A DNA stretch of 64,000 bases, taken from NCBI RefSeq assembly GCF_035594765.1, contig NC_085842.1, forward strand, positions 280,969,749-281,033,748. Direction: 5' to 3'. The notes beneath the pieces are model-generated. The model made no database searches, was not told the origin of the DNA, and saw nothing but the letters and a program-made list of their open reading frames with translations. Shown one piece after another: positions 1 through 14,542 of this stretch (its first letter is position 1; every line of letters starts with the position of its first letter). The DNA comes from Anolis carolinensis (Eukaryota). The position numbers were made by a program, and so were the translations under genes.

Positions 1-2799
1 ATTTTTATTTAAAATGCAAGACATAAGTACATGAATACTTACATGTGTGTAAGTATGGATGGATCAGAAAATTCCATCATTTCTTCTTGTGTCACTGTGT
101 ATTCACATTACCATCCCTATGTCAAAAATCTAATGCTGCAAGCTTCTCTAAAATGTACCTTGAAGTATGCAAGAGCAATTGAGCACAGAGCAGTAGATTA
201 GATGATGCATGAAAGAAGTGTAAGCACAGCATCAAAATGAGACTGCACCATTTAATTGATGCCAGTGTTTGCATTTTAGCATAATTTCTGGAAGGTCCAG
301 GCAAAAGAAATCCAAGGCTCTCAGGTGGTCATATCAGATGACTGTGGGGCCAGGTGTGAGAAGGAAATGTTGACACTTCCATTCAGACAGCTGCCTGGAA
401 CATTGCCCATTTTCCTCTCCACTCAGGAGAGGTTGATATATAAATTACAACAGCTTTAAGTTGGAAGAGCAGATCACACGAAGAGGAAGCTAAACATTAT
501 AGATGTCTAGCATTTTGACTCCTTTAACAAAAGTTATCAAAAGCATATACATTCCCTTAAAAGTGATATCTTTTTTGTCAACATCTAAATAAAGTTTGCA
601 GCTTCCGAGTTACTTCTGGCCTATGGTTTGGTCTCTGTTGATGCTATTGATAGGTTCTCTGGTTTTGGGGTGACCACCCATCTTGTTTTGGAGCTGAGCC
701 TCCCAGTTTTAAAGGTGGTTGCCTGCCTTTGCGGTTTTGAACTTACAGTTTGATTTTTTCACTGCGATCTGATCATGCTGATATCTAAAGTTTGTGAAAC
801 AGCTTCATTCTCTTGAGCAGTGTGTGGTGGTACAGGGAGCAAATAAAGTTCAAGAAGAAAGGGGAAAGCTTTTAGCCTCTGCCTGGCTTGTGTAAATTGA
901 TCCAGAGCAAAGGGGAGAAAGTAAAAGAAAAGGGGACATAAAATATATAAATGCTTTGGGGGAAAATCAGAAGAACAGAGCAAACTTTTAAAACATCAAG
1001 GCAGTGAGGGACCCCTAATGATTTTTGGCCTCAAATAAAGATCTTTCTAGAAAGAGAGAGAGAGAAAGTGCACAGTGGTATACATAATGGAAGACTGATT
1101 TGTAAAATATACAGTCTACAGGCTAGTGTTACAATGTACTAAATGCCCCATGTCTAGAGATCAACAAACTGGTGGTGATTGCATTAGTCCATCTTCTACT
1201 GTTGACAGTACTCTGTGGTATGGCTAGAGTTGGTAATAAATAAATGACTGCTTAGTCCTCATCAATTACACAACAGCATGTCTAAAATCAGTTCACACAA
1301 TAGTGCTGCCATGTGGAGGCCATCTGAAACAGTCTCTTCATGACATGTCAATATGTACTGTCTAGGTTTTCTGCCTGCATCACTCCTCACTGCATACAGT
1401 ATTCATGCTTCCATTACCAGATCTCTGTGTCGCCACCAAATATTTTTAGTGGTGGCTTCCGGTGATTTGGAAACAAACCATACAATGTGGGCTGATACAT
1501 GTGGTACATGAGTAAATACAAAACAGCTTGTTTCAAAGACAATACTCCATATGCCAAACTTGAAAACAGTCTCCATGTGTAATCCATTCGTGTGAAGCTG
1601 ACCTCAGCACGGAGTACAAGGATGCTGTTTCTCAATTCACTCAGCTTAATAAGCTCAAAACCTACATTAAATCTTCACTATGGTAGGAAGAAACAGGGTC
1701 AGATTCAACTGAGGCTGTGTACCGGTAGATTATTATGCATATCTAAGTGGAGAAATATTTGAGGTCACCATGGAGAGATGACACACTGAATATAACATGT
1801 ATCACCCAGAAGAAAAGTACCGAGTTTCAAGAACAGAAAAACTGTAGACCACTAGTCTTCCTCATGCTGAATTCCTCATGCTGAATTCTCTCCCTTCCTA
1901 GAAAATACTTTATATAGAATCAAGCCTTATCTAGTACTGTTCACTGATTAGCAGTAGCCGTTTAGGATTTGGGGCCAAATCTATTCTTTTACCCTTCCTA
2001 TATATTCCAAGTATTGAATTTAGAAGCTTTTCCATATCAAGCATGCATTCTTCCACTGTGCTACAAGCCCTGTCCTTTCATCTCTTCTTCCTACTTTAAA
2101 ATATGCAAATACTTGGATCTCGCTTCATTCTTCATTACACAAACAATGAGGACACACCGAGACAGACTCTAGGCCATGATCTCTACCATCCTATTATATT
2201 CTCCCACATCCTTCATTCACTAATAAAGATCTCTCCTTTTCGTTTGTGGTTACCACTTTGTCCTTTGCCCTTTTGTTTGACCTCTAAAACCATTGACCAT
2301 GTTATAATACTTATTCTCCTGTTTTGTTGCAAAGGCTTTTTTAATGATCAGTTGTTTAGTACAATGTAGACAACATTGTTGAAGTGCCAACAACCCAACA
2401 CCCACCAACTGTTTGCCAATGAATAGAAATCAGCCAATATCAGGGCAGGCATTTCTTCTGCCTCCTATAAACTCAAATCAAAATGGTAAAATGAACAGTG
2501 AAATTGTTCTTCCTCTCCTAATATTCCTTATGGCAACTTCACTGCACCCAGATTAATAAAAGAATTCACAGTACAATCCCGTGTACATGGGGCCAATACC
2601 TGTCATTTATGAGCTGATCATTAACCATAATAAAAGTTTACTTACTTACTTATTTACTTACTTGAATGCACATTTCACAAAGTATGTCATCTCAAAGCAT
2701 TTTCTAGGTTCTCCAGCAGGCTCTACGGTATTCTTGGACCAATGACCTTTAAAAACATTTCTAAATCTGCAGAGTCACTGTTGGCGTTTAAATTGATAG

Positions 2800-3466
2800 A
2801 TAGATCTAGAGGGTCTAGAAGAGAATGGAAGTGGCCTGGAGAGAGTTTCCAGATTTCCTGGCAGTTCCCATGAGACTGGAGAAAGCAATATAAGTTCTCA
2901 TGAGAATCTTCCAGAAGTGCAGACTGAGAGCAATGTGGGAGATGAATGTTTGTCTCTTCTTGGAACTTCAGAGGCAGAGTGTACAACAGAGACAGACTCG
3001 CTTTTTCCAGCGGCTTAGAAATAAGGAGAAGAAAAGCTGGTGTGTGAGGAATTATGCCATTGGAGGGATTCGGGCCTTTTAAGGGGTTTTCTGCTGGTAC
3101 AATCCTTTGTGAGAACAACATTGTATTCAGATAAACAGCTCTCGGTTCCCGAGCCCACGTTTTTGGATTCATGTATTCAGGTTTTTAAGTTTGTTCCTGT
3201 TTCTAGTTTCATGTGTGCCATAGGTTGACTACCTTGGATTTGTGCTATCATGTTTATGGATAGATCTGTGGATTGACTCTTGAGACTGTACTTGAAAGGA
3301 TTTTGAAATCTTGGCTATCTTGGAAATAACTTTTTGAACTTTGATTCTCCTTTTTAGATTTACTTATTTTTTTATATTCTCTTCTTTTAATAAAGTTTTA
3401 CTTATTGGATTACCTGAACAGAATGTGGTTTATGGTGAAAAGGTGTTTCCAGGTTCAAGTGCAACA
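2800..3466 (+). mobile_element. Partial LTR-like sequence (3' part; 5' boundary undefined)
   Basis: TATA-like AATATAAG at ~2887, GGACT/T-rich U5-like tract, AATAAA at ~3389 and terminal ..GCAACA. The layout resembles the 56635 LTR. No TSD found. Confidence 0.45.
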
Positions 3467-4906
3467 TTGGGCATGCCTGTTCTAAATCATTGGCTGTCCT
3501 AAATTTAGGACCAACTGTAGTGGACTATGATCATGATCCTAGTTTGATGTGAGAAACTGGGTTAGACATTCAAGCACACATCTTGTGAATATGTTCTTGT
3601 GACAGCAATGCATCTTGAAAGCTATTCCAGAAAGCTGTTCAGAAACTTGCCTTTATCCAGTATATGAGCACTATTAATCTCATATTGTTTCCTCATTCTA
3701 AATGAAAATGATATTAATTACATGCAATAAAGTGATATGTATTTGATATTATCTGTACTATGTTCTACAGTACCTTTCAGTGCTACATGTTGCCCTTCAC
3801 AGGAATGTATTATACCATATCTGTGAAGAAATCAGTAATTTACAGCTGATAGGAAATAATGACAGGAAGCATTAACCAAGTCTAAATGTACTGTGCACAG
3901 TATGTAAAGTAAGATTCCACTATATATACAATTAATATACAATGCAAAACACATATAGATGAGTGTAAAGCATGAAAAAAAATCCTTCATGACGCGGTAG
4001 TCAGACCATGAGAAAAGATGTGCTTTCTTTCATGTGTAAAGTCAACCTAGAGTTGCTCATTTTTTACTGAACAGATCCAATGTGCAGTAAAACTCCTGGG
4101 ATATATTTTTGGACTTCTCATGGATTTGTGAAACCACATGTAATAATGAATCCTATTAAAATGAAGGACATAGGTAGTCTTTTGAATGGATTAGGAGAAG
4201 CCAGTTTTCCATAGTGTGATGAGTCAAAATGGAGTATTTTCTGAAGGTAAAAATCATAGTATTTGGGTGTGATGGGGTCAGTATACACCCCGTCTGCATT
4301 CAGTATGCATTCCATCAGAAAAAGCTACAGGATGCAAACTGATATAAACGGGTTTTTTCTTAAAGTGATAAGGTATTAAATGTGTGCTTCCAGTGTTTTC
4401 AGACAGAGAGAATGGTCTCTCTCAAAGATGTCTATATATTGAACTAGGCTCCACTGAAATGATAAGTTATTTCAAATATTCTCCTAACCAGGCCTAAAAC
4501 TAGATTGAAGAGGATCCAGAGAAATCACCTCATCCAGAAATATCTGGAGCTGAAATGTTGCTTCATGCTTCAACACTTTGCCCAATAATAGAATACAGGA
4601 AAGCACATAGAAATTATACAATATAACAAGAGTCAGAAGGAGCATGCATTTTTTTAAAGGAGGTCTTATTATAGGTTCTTTTATGCATGAAGGAATCATA
4701 TGATACCACCCTAAATGCTTTTCTAAGGGTGCATGGCTCAATGCTATTGAATCCTATGATTTGTAGTTTGGTGAGTTAACAGTGTTCTTTGGCTGATAAG
4801 TCTAAAAGTACAGCTCCCATGATTCCATAGCATTGAGCCATGGATGTTAGAGTAGTGTCAAACTTCATTAATTAGACATTGTAGATGCACCTTAAGCTAA
4901 GAAAGA

Positions 4907-5044
4907 NNNNNNNNNNNNNNNNNNNNNNNNNNNNNNNNNNNNNNNNNNNNNNNNNNNNNNNNNNNNNNNNNNNNNNNNNNNNNNNNNNNNNNNNNNNNNN
5001 NNNNNNNNNNNNNNNNNNNNNNNNNNNNNNNNNNNNNNNNNNNN
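4907..5044. other. Assembly gap (138 N)
   Basis: Run of N. Confidence 1.
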
Positions 5045-5172
5045 CTGGCCATATGCTTGAGTTGTACAAATTGAAAAGTATCTCAGATGCATCTGACCCT
5101 TGCGATAACAAGTATGCAAGACATTAGGAGCAATAGGAGTGATATTCATTTGAAAACCCTGATGGAAATGTC

Positions 5173-5320
5173 TAAGACCTCTTCTATACTGCCATCTAAT
5201 CCAGATTATCAAAGCAAATAATACACATTATCTGCTTTGAACTGGATTATTTGAGTCTATACTGCCATATAATCCAGTTCAACACAGATAATTTGTTTTT
5301 TATATGGTAGTGTAGAAGAC
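5173..5320. mobile_element. Harbinger-like MITE
   Basis: Inverted ends CTTCTATACTGCCAT / ATGGTAGTGTAGAAG with internal ATAATCCAG repeats. Confidence 0.6.
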
Positions 5321-6178
5321 TGGTTCTAAATATATGCAGAGAAGGACAATATGTTGTACTTGTATGCTTGTTAGCTTTCTGTTTCAGAACTGTCAGACTG
5401 TTCCAAGACCAAACTATTGCCTGTGAAGTATAGGATATTTATAAATAACTAGGGTATGTGTAAAAGTACTGAATAATGTAATAAGTTGCTTTGCATGGTT
5501 AAGCAATCTCTCTAGACCTTGTTGACACCATTTTGTGATTTATATAATACTAACAGCTTTTAGTAAACAAGTCCTCATTTTAGAAACAAAATAAAAGAAA
5601 TGAGCATGCATAATATAGTGTAACCCTGGGCTAAAAACATAACCCTTCCCAAGGGACCACAAGGAGTTACACAATAGGGCTACTGTCACCACCAAGATTA
5701 TCTTTAACAGACAAGTCCTGGAGAAGAAGCAAACCGAGCCAGATAAGGGAAAATCAAGCAATTGCAAACAAAATAAATATGTCATGCTGCTGCAGGCTAA
5801 CAAATTTGACTCAGTGTGAGAGAGAAAGAGGAAGACTAAGGAAGCAAGGATCAGCTACCATAAATAATCCAAGGAAGTGCAAGGAAAAGCAAGCATCTGA
5901 AAAAAAGAAGAAATGCCAGAGGAACCTACTAATACTTATGAAAATGCTATTACTTTCATTTTATTAATTTCAATTTGCATGTTCACTTTAGAACATTGAG
6001 ATTCTTAGTGCAAGGCCAATAGGATTGTTCATCTTAGGAACATCAGTAAAATCAAAGGAAATGAGGGAAAACTCACAGCCAGTGTTTGAATCCACAAATC
6101 TACAAGTTCTTTTTCAACTTAGAAACTCTATGAAGTGTTTGCTTCCCTTCATCAAATACAATTTATATTGTCATTAAG

Positions 6179-6604
6179 CAGGCAGTTCCTGAGGTACAAA
6201 TATCCAACTTACAAACTACTCACAGTTAAGAACGTGGGTGAGACAAGAGGAAGTGAGAGAAATCTACCACTCGGAAGGGAAATTCACTCCTGAAAGAGTT
6301 ATCAAGGGGAAAAGGGATCTTCACTTAAGCTTTATCACCCATCTTTATTTCTATGACTAGCCAATTTTTCAAAATTAGCTTATCACAGGGACAGAAAATG
6401 AAGTGAAATCTTCTGAACAGGGGCACAGACAGCAAAACAAACACCACAGGGATGTTAACCCTTCCCTATACTATCCAAAGCTAAAATGTATACATTTTTC
6501 ACTGGAATTACACTTAAGAAATGTACCTGTTCACACTTACATAAAAATTCAACTTCAAAACAAACCTACAGAGCCTACTGTGTTCATAACTCGGGGACTG
6601 CCTG
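6179..6604. mobile_element. Tc1/mariner (Tigger-like) MITE
   Basis: TIR CAGGCAGTTCC / GGGGACTGCCTG followed by TA. Confidence 0.75.
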
Positions 6605-8254
6605 TAATTGCGTTGTTGGAGAGTACCATTGACAGGCGCTTACACTTGTCCTTGGCTTGAAGACAGAGCTATGTGTGACCCACAACTTATCCTGGTTAGA
6701 TTTCTCCAGATGTAGTAGGTGACATGACTGCATTGTCAGTGTTGAAGTAACACTCAATTGCTTTGCTGCATGCAGCTAAATGCTTTGGGTCTACACTTTA
6801 GTTTGAAGGTGCATTGGAACTACAATGTATTTTAGTATTGTCATAATAATAAAAGATGATAGAATGGTTCACTTTATGCAGGTACCATCACAGATATATT
6901 CCAATCACAAACAGGGATCTCTTTCCACCTCAGCTGATATGTTATCATTCACTACAATCCCTTTCAAAGGAGGCCCTTACTTATTAATTCTGCACTTCTA
7001 ATTTAGTAATTACTTTTTATTTTACCATGAACTACTCAAAGCTACTCTGTAAGTTCCAGTACTTATATTAACCCACAATCACAAACTGATGCCATTAATT
7101 TACTGGGTGTCACTGAAAAAAAATGCTGAAGGGGAAAAAATATAAATGCAAATAAATATCCAGGGCTAGTATTGTGCTTCAGTTAGATCTCAGTCATCAA
7201 GCACATATAAATATACTTAAACTGGATGGATCCTTTTCCAAGCATTGAAAATGATATTGAAAAATATGAAAATCTTTGTTTTTTGAAGGAATAATAATCT
7301 TTTGGAATCTTTGGGGAACTTCCTGTCCAAAAGTTTGGAACAAAGCAACTGTTATCTCTAAATATTTTTTTCTAACAGAAAATAAAACATATAAGAGAAA
7401 AGGGTATTTCCAAAAATCCAACAGTTACAAGCAAACTATTGAAAACATAATTCACTTCATATGCAAGCAACAGGGATAATTGCCATTGCTGGTTGTGGAA
7501 AAAGTATTTGTGAAACTTTTTCTCTTTGAAAAGCCACAAAGGATCAAATGAAGAGTAAGTATGCTTGGAAGGGTACCACAGTGTTCCAGTGGTTTCTCAG
7601 ACTCACAGCTTTCATAAAATACAGATTTGCTCTTAGTGTTCTGTGTTAGGGTAGCAGACTTATCAGGTCATTAACTTCTGTGATTAACTTGTGTGTGGTC
7701 TTGTCCCACCCATGACATGGAACTTAGTAATTATTCAAAGTGACAGACATCTGATTACAAGATGCTTTATGTCATGAATCCCATCAATGAGATGGTTCAA
7801 AATAACAGATAACATTTAGCCACTATCAGCTGGGAAAATTTAAACCCACCTTTAAGCTGTAAGTAAGCCTTTGGTCTCTACTAACAAACATGTAAAGAAT
7901 AATGAGATTGTCAGCCAGCTGAAAATGGAAGAATTTGTAAGAAATCACATTCATGGAATCAAGTTGTCTGACCCATTCCTATCAAATTACAACTTTTAAA
8001 TCTCAGTATTTCATCTCAGTCTTGTCTTACTTTGGCTACTTGGCCCCTTTAGACAAATTTATGATTTTGTTTCCAACCCATCTGCAATCTAGTTTTCCCT
8101 GGAGTTGTCTCGACGATATCTTGAAAAATACATGCATCTGATCCAAGGTATGTTACAGTAGGTTAGCTGCATACTCTACAAACTATTTAAGTAGGTGTAG
8201 TAAATCAAATTCTACTGTCTATAACACAGCCCAATTCTCCCCCCCCCCAAAAAA

Positions 8255-9835
8255 AAATCTTTGTGTCTTGGTTTTTAGGCCTGTTCCTGGGGTTATTTGG
8301 GGTGCTGATTCAGAAAATTGTATTGGATAGACTTATATCCCCATACAAAAAAAAGGGAAACACTCAAGAATGCTCAAACTTCTGTACACTGGCACTTATT
8401 TCACATGCCAGTAAGGTAATGCTCAAGATCCTGCAAGGTAGACTCCAGCAATACATGGAGCGAGAGTTGCCAGATGTACAAGCTGGATTTAGAAAAGGCA
8501 GAGGAATAAGGGACCAAATTGCCAATATCCACTGGATAATGGAGGAAGGCAGGGAGTTTCAGGAAAAAAAAATATGTTTTATTGACTATTCTAAAGCCTT
8601 TTATTGTGTGAATCATAGTAAATTGTGGAAAGGTCTTGGTGGCATACAGATACCAAACCGCCTTGTCTGTCTCCTGAGGAATCAGTATAATGGCCAAGTA
8701 GCAATGGTAAATCCAGACCACAGAACAACAGACTAGTTCAAAATTGGGAAAGGAGTATGGCAGGGCTGTATACTCTCATCCTACCTGTTCAACTTGCATG
8801 CAGAATACATCATGCAACATGCGGGGCTTGAGAAATCCAAGGCTGGAGTTAAAATTGCTGGAAGAAACATTAACAACCTTAGACATAAAGACAATACCAC
8901 TTCGATAGCTGAATGCGAGGAGCTGAGGAACCATATAACCAAGATGAAAGAAGAAAGTGCAAAGGCTGAGTTGCAGTTAAACATAAAAAAAACCAAGATG
9001 ATGGCAACCAGACTGATTGATAACTGGCAAATATAGGGCGAAAATGTGGAGACAGTGACAGACTTTGGATTTGTAGGTGCAAAGATTACTGCAGACACAG
9101 ACTGCAGCCAGGAAATCAGAAAACATTTACTTCTTGACAGGAGAGTGATGACCAATCTCGATAAAATAGTTAAGAGTAGAAACATCATACTAGCAACGAA
9201 GATCCACATAATTAAAGCAATGGTATTCCCCGTAGTAACCTATGGATGCAAGAGCTGGACCATAAGGAAGGCTGAGCAAAGGAAGATAGTTGCTTTTGAA
9301 CTGTGGTGTTAGAGGAAAATTTTGAGAATGTCTTGGACCACAAGAAGATCCAACCAGTCAATACTCCAGGAAATAAAGCCTGACTCCTCACTGGAGGGAA
9401 GGATATTAAAGACAATGATGAAATATTTTGGCCACATAATGAGAAGATAGGAAAGCTTGGAGAAGACGATGATGCTGAGGAAAATTGAAGAAAAAAGAAA
9501 GAGGAGCCGACCAAGGGCAAGATGTATGGATGTTATCCTTGAAGTAACTGACTTGACCTTGAAAGAGCCGGGGTTGGCGACAGAGAGCTCTGGCATGAAC
9601 TGGTCCATGAGGTCACAAAGAGTTAGAAACGACCGAATCCATAAACAACAACAGACTGTACCAGCAATAGTTTCTTAGATATGGTTACCTTGGTTTTCTA
9701 TGGGCAAGCAGATGGCAACTGGTATTTGGCATATTTTCTATAACTCAACAACTAGAGCTGATAGGGGAAAATTGATGCCATTTTTAAAGCAGTAGTTCAA
9801 ATGTACCTGGAAACCGTTCTACAACCTAAAGCATC
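8255..9835. mobile_element. Non-autonomous DNA-transposon-like repeat split by the BovB insertion (pieces ~8255-8333 and ~9653-9835)
   Basis: The flanks rejoin across the AGACT duplication into a continuous sequence resembling a lizard interspersed repeat. Family not certain. Confidence 0.4.
8334..9652 (+). mobile_element. 5'-truncated RTE-BovB LINE (degenerate RT)
   Basis: Translations include ALISHASKVMLKILQGRL, VQAGFRKGRG, CFIDYSKAF and VFPVVTYGCKSWTIRKAE. There is a (CAA)n tail, a possible TSD AGACT at 8329-8333/9653-9657, and several stops. Confidence 0.93.
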
Positions 9836-12016
9836 TTGAGAGCATCATTGAGGATACCAAATAGGTTGTACTTGTGAATCTCTACAAATGGAAATGTTAT
9901 TCATGTGGTTGAATGTTACTGATTGCAACAGTGAACAAAAAGTCACTATTATGTTAGCAACGCTAATGCCTTATTCTGTGGAACACAGTTGCCAGATGCG
10001 GTAGTGCATGCCAAAGACAGTTCCCCCAAAAGTAGAAACTAACTTTTCTTGCTATGAATACTAGTACAATTCAATTTTCATGGATTGGTTATTTGTAGTT
10101 TTTATTAATATGTCCTTTCTATTAATCTCTTAGTCTGCTGGAAATTGTCCATAGGGTCTCTTTAGAGAGCCTAGAGGGTTGTAGAGAAGTGTTTTCTCTT
10201 GTTAAAATTTTGCATTTTTAATTCTTCCCCTCCCCCACACTTTCACAGGGATTCTACTCCCCTACTCCCACAATAGTGGAGTACCTACTATTCTCTACAT
10301 CTTAAAGCTCAAAAGTCAGAATTTCCATAATTTTTTCCCTTTGCTTTGTACTTTCATAAATGTGAGATTAAATTAGGGGGGAAACCAGAACTACTAACTG
10401 TTCAAAAGCTTAATGTATGGCATAACTTGAATAAGATGTGATAATGTAGTTGCCAATGCTGAGAGAGATATTGCTAACTGATGTATGTAGTGAGATGTCC
10501 ATGTGCCCAATACAAATAAAGGCTGTGTGGTTTTTAATAGCTTACTCACTTTTCCTGCATAGCATAGCACTCTCATAAATGTTTCCTTTTAACTGAATAT
10601 TGAAGGGAAATTTCCTCTTGGATGTTATTTGAAAATGTCTCTGTAGTTGCTGAGTAGATTCATCTGTGGCAAAGAATGTGGGATATGGCTGCTAATGTAC
10701 AAGAAAATGTATTTGAAACAAACTTGTTAGAATATCGAATTCTGGAATTATTTGTAAAAAGTCACTCCATTTCAAAGAATGACCATTGACCAAAGGCATT
10801 TTGATGTCAAAAACAATGAACAAGATTATTATTCTTATTCCAGTTACAAATGTCAACTGACCCCATGTTATTGCACTGGGGCTTTAACACAGCAGCCCCA
10901 TTTTTCTGCTGCCTGCAGAATTCTGGGAAATATAGTTAAGGTGGGGCTTTTTGAATACTCAGCTACAGAGGTTCTTGCCTTCTCAAACTGCATTTCCCAG
11001 AATTCCATGGGCAGCAGAAAAATGGGGCTGCATGCATTAGAGTCCCAGTGTGATAAGACTGTCAAACTTCAATCATCATCTTCAACCATACTCAAAAGCA
11101 GCAAGGAAGTTTCAAGGGCAATGAGAGGCCAAACTCTTTCCTCAGTGTCTCACTGCCACCACTAAATGTCTGCCGCCTGAAGTGACCACCTCACTTTGCC
11201 TTATGAAAAGGCCAAACTAGATAATTAACTTAAACTCCGTTGGTAGTCAGATCAGAGCTTCAAGAATATATGTAGAGAAGTAAAAATGAAATTGTAATTG
11301 GAATATAAATCATGAGATTTAGAATGTGAAGGCAAATTAGTTCTTTCTCTAATGTTACCATATCCTTCCATGGGTGTTTGCCATCTTTCAACAAGCCAGT
11401 CAAGAGGTTCATTTACCTGTATACACTGAAGCAGACACAATTTAGACATAATTGTTATTATGAATTCAATTCATTGATCTCTAGCATAAGGAAACGCTAA
11501 GATCATATTGAGTTGAATGACATCTATCTTTTTTAAAAAATGAGATGCAAGAAATTAAATGTGTTATGGTTCACATATGAAACATGATCTACCACTCAAC
11601 AAATACTAACACAGTATTTACATTATGTAAGAACTCTCTTTCTTCATTCACCAACCTCCAACTCTCATCAACTCAACACAGGGTTACTATAAACTTAAAA
11701 GTAACAGTTTCAGCACCCAGCTACCACACCCCAATTATAGTGTTCCTGTGGTCAATCCTGAGACACTGATCCTGTTATCACTGAAAGAAATGCTGAGTAA
11801 CTTACAAATCCTGACACATGAGTCCTGCCCTTAACAAGAAACATTCCTGGTTGAAGATTATTTTGCAATCATGAGCCAATCACATATCATAGCTGGAGCA
11901 TTGGATTGGATTACAATTTTAAAGACATGAAAGGTTTAATTCCCTGTCTAACTATGAAAACACACAAAGTAACGTAGGTGAGTCAGATAAACTCAGCCTC
12001 AGAAAACCCCATGATA

Positions 12017-13012
12017 GCAGTTTGGGGATCCTTCTGGACTCAGCGCTGACGCTTGATGCCCAGGTGTCGGCGGTGGTCAGGAGGGCCTTTGCACAATTAA
12101 AACTTGTGCGCCAACTGCGACCTTACCTCGTGAAGTCTGATCTGGCCATGGTGGTCCATGCCTTAGTTACCTCCAGGTTGGACTATTGCAATGCACTCTA
12201 CGTGGGGCTGCCCTTGACGACGGCCCGGAAACTCCAACTAGTCCAACGTTCGGCAGCCTTGCTTCTAACTGGAGCTAATTATAGGGAGCATTCAACCCTC
12301 CTGCTTAAGGAGCTCCACTGGCTGCCGTTCACCTTCCGGACCCAATTCAAGGTGCAGGTGATCACCTACAAAGCCCTGAACGGTTTGGGACCCTCCTACC
12401 TTAGTGATCGCATTTCCCCCTACGAACCTGCATGATCTCTTCGTTCATCGGGGGAGACCCTCCTCTCACTCCCACCTCCGTCACAAGCGCGGTTGGTGGG
12501 GACGAGAGAGAGGGCCTTCTCCGTGGTGGCCCCCCGGCTCTGGAACTTGCTCCCCAGGGAAATCAGGAAAGCCCCCACCCTGGTAGCATTCAGAAAGAAC
12601 TTGAAAACCTGGCTCTTTACTCAGGCCTTTAATTAAAGATTGCTCATCCCCATAGCAATCTGTACCTGTACCGGTTTTCACTTTTTACCTATGTCAACTT
12701 GATAAAGACACAGGGTCTATTCCCATCCCAATTTGCACTTCCAAGAATTTGCAGCACTTTATCAGTCACCTCGTGTATACAATATTTATATGGTGCACCT
12801 TACCCAGTCTACTTTTACAACCTCTCCATTTTAATCCATGTTTTTATTAGTTCTTGTCATTTGTTTTTATTGGCTAATGTTTAAATTTTTATAATTGTGC
12901 ATGTTTTTTGTCTATTGTTGTGTTTTATATTGCTATTGTTTTTATTTGGGCTTGGCCCCATGTAAGCCGCCCTGAGTCCCCTTTGGGGAGATAGAGGCGG
13001 GGTATAAAATAG

Positions 13013-13071
<59 letters not shown>
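12017..13071 (+). mobile_element. 5'-truncated L2-clade LINE with (TTA)n tail
   Basis: ORF contains VVHALVTSRLDYCNALYVGLP..LHWLP. The 3' end GTAAGCCGCCCTGAGTCCCC..GGGGAG is followed by (TTA)n. Confidence 0.9.
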
Positions 13072-13154
13072 GGTTCAATTTAGGGTCACTTTAAGATGAA
13101 GACTATTTGAAGGCATGCAGCTATAACAAATCATGTTCAGTAAAGGGTCCTTTG

Positions 13155-13336
13155 AAGCCAGCACAGCATAATGGTTTGAATGACTCTGGAGAACAGGGTT
13201 CAAATCCTCCCCTGGTCATGGGAAACCACTGGGTGATCATGAGGTAGTCACACATCTTCAGCCCCTTAAGACCCCATGATAAATTCACCTTAGTGTTGCC
13301 ATGATCTGGAAACAACTGAAAGGAACCCAACAACAA
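13155..13336 (+). mobile_element. Old CORE/MIR-like tRNA SINE (related copies ~33765-33955 on -, ~44860-45036 on +)
   Basis: B-box GGTTCAAATCC, CACTGGGTGA core-like motif, and (CAA)n tail. Confidence 0.55.
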
Positions 13337-13907
13337 TAAAGACTATTTCAGATATTGGGAATTTACTGTCCTTGTGCAGTGTTTTCTGTCATTTCAATTT
13401 CCACATCAACCATTTCATTCAACTTTTATTAAATCCAAGCTGATTTCAGAACTTATTTCAAAATGGAAGAACATTTCTGATGGGAGGGAGCAATGTTCTT
13501 CCACTGTTGTGAGTTATCATATCAAAAAGGTCATAATATAACTTCTGCCATGCGCCCCCCCCCCACCCAGATCAAGAAGCACATGAAGCTATGAAGGGTG
13601 TAAAGCAATGAAAAGTGTGCAATAGAAAGCAAAAAGAATACTGATGGTCTTCCAACAATAAGATAAGCTCAAAGCTACAAGTGAAAGAAATGCAAGAAAA
13701 ATTCTAAAGCATCATGAGAATGAGAGCAAAAATAGGATTGGATAAGAAAACGTCTTGAAAAAAATAGAACACATTTTGGCATACAACTAGTAACATGGAA
13801 GTAGAGAGTTTCTCATCCTCACCCTACACCCCTAAAATGTGAAGCAACTTGTTTTCCTGCACCCATGCCTAGTCACAATGAACATGACAAACTATTTCTC
13901 TTTGTTA

Positions 13908-14083
13908 GGTTGTTGTATGTCTTTCGGGCTGTGTGGCCATGTTCCAGAAGCATTCTCTCCTGACATTTTGCCCACATCTATGGCAGGCATCCTCAGAGGT
14001 TGTGAGGTATGGATGAACTAGGCAAGGAAAGGAAAAAATATATATCTGTGGAGGGTCCAGGGTGTGACAAGAGTCTTTTGTCC
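13908..14083 (-). mobile_element. Penelope-like element pLTR fragment
   Basis: Closely similar to the arm of the 60187 palindrome (CATGTTCCAGAAG..CCCACATCTATGGCAGGCATCCTCAGAGG). Confidence 0.82.
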
Positions 14084-14542
14084 TTTCTCTTTGCTTCTCT
14101 TTAGTCAACTGGCAATTAATTTTCTTGCAGCACATCAGAGCTCAAAGAAAAATTGTGTACACATCTCTACAGCAAGCACTTGAAACATCCTGGAGGACAC
14201 ATGACACCAATGTGCTGGATTTTTTTTGGGGGGGGGGGGTTGGGGGGGTAATTTTCCACCGGGGTTTTCCAGGAATGTAGTGCTAAATGTAAACAAAGTG
14301 TGTGAGAATACACATCTTGCTTTAAAAGAAACAAGGCTCTTAAATGGATAGCACCACTGTTTTTACATCATGTCACTGATTTTTGTCAAAACAGTGGAAG
14401 CAGAGGACTCTTGGGTACATCGTCATAAATTCATTCTCATAGGCAAGAACAAATAATCTGACAATTTTCCCTTGCTGTGAGAAAGTAGTTGAAAACTACA
14501 TACTTTGGGACTTTTAAAAAACAGCTGAAAATGTGGGGTGAC

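Noticed and set aside
1414-1662. Minus-strand open frame flanked by AG/GT
   Set aside because: Weak acceptor with no polypyrimidine tract, and no recognisable protein.
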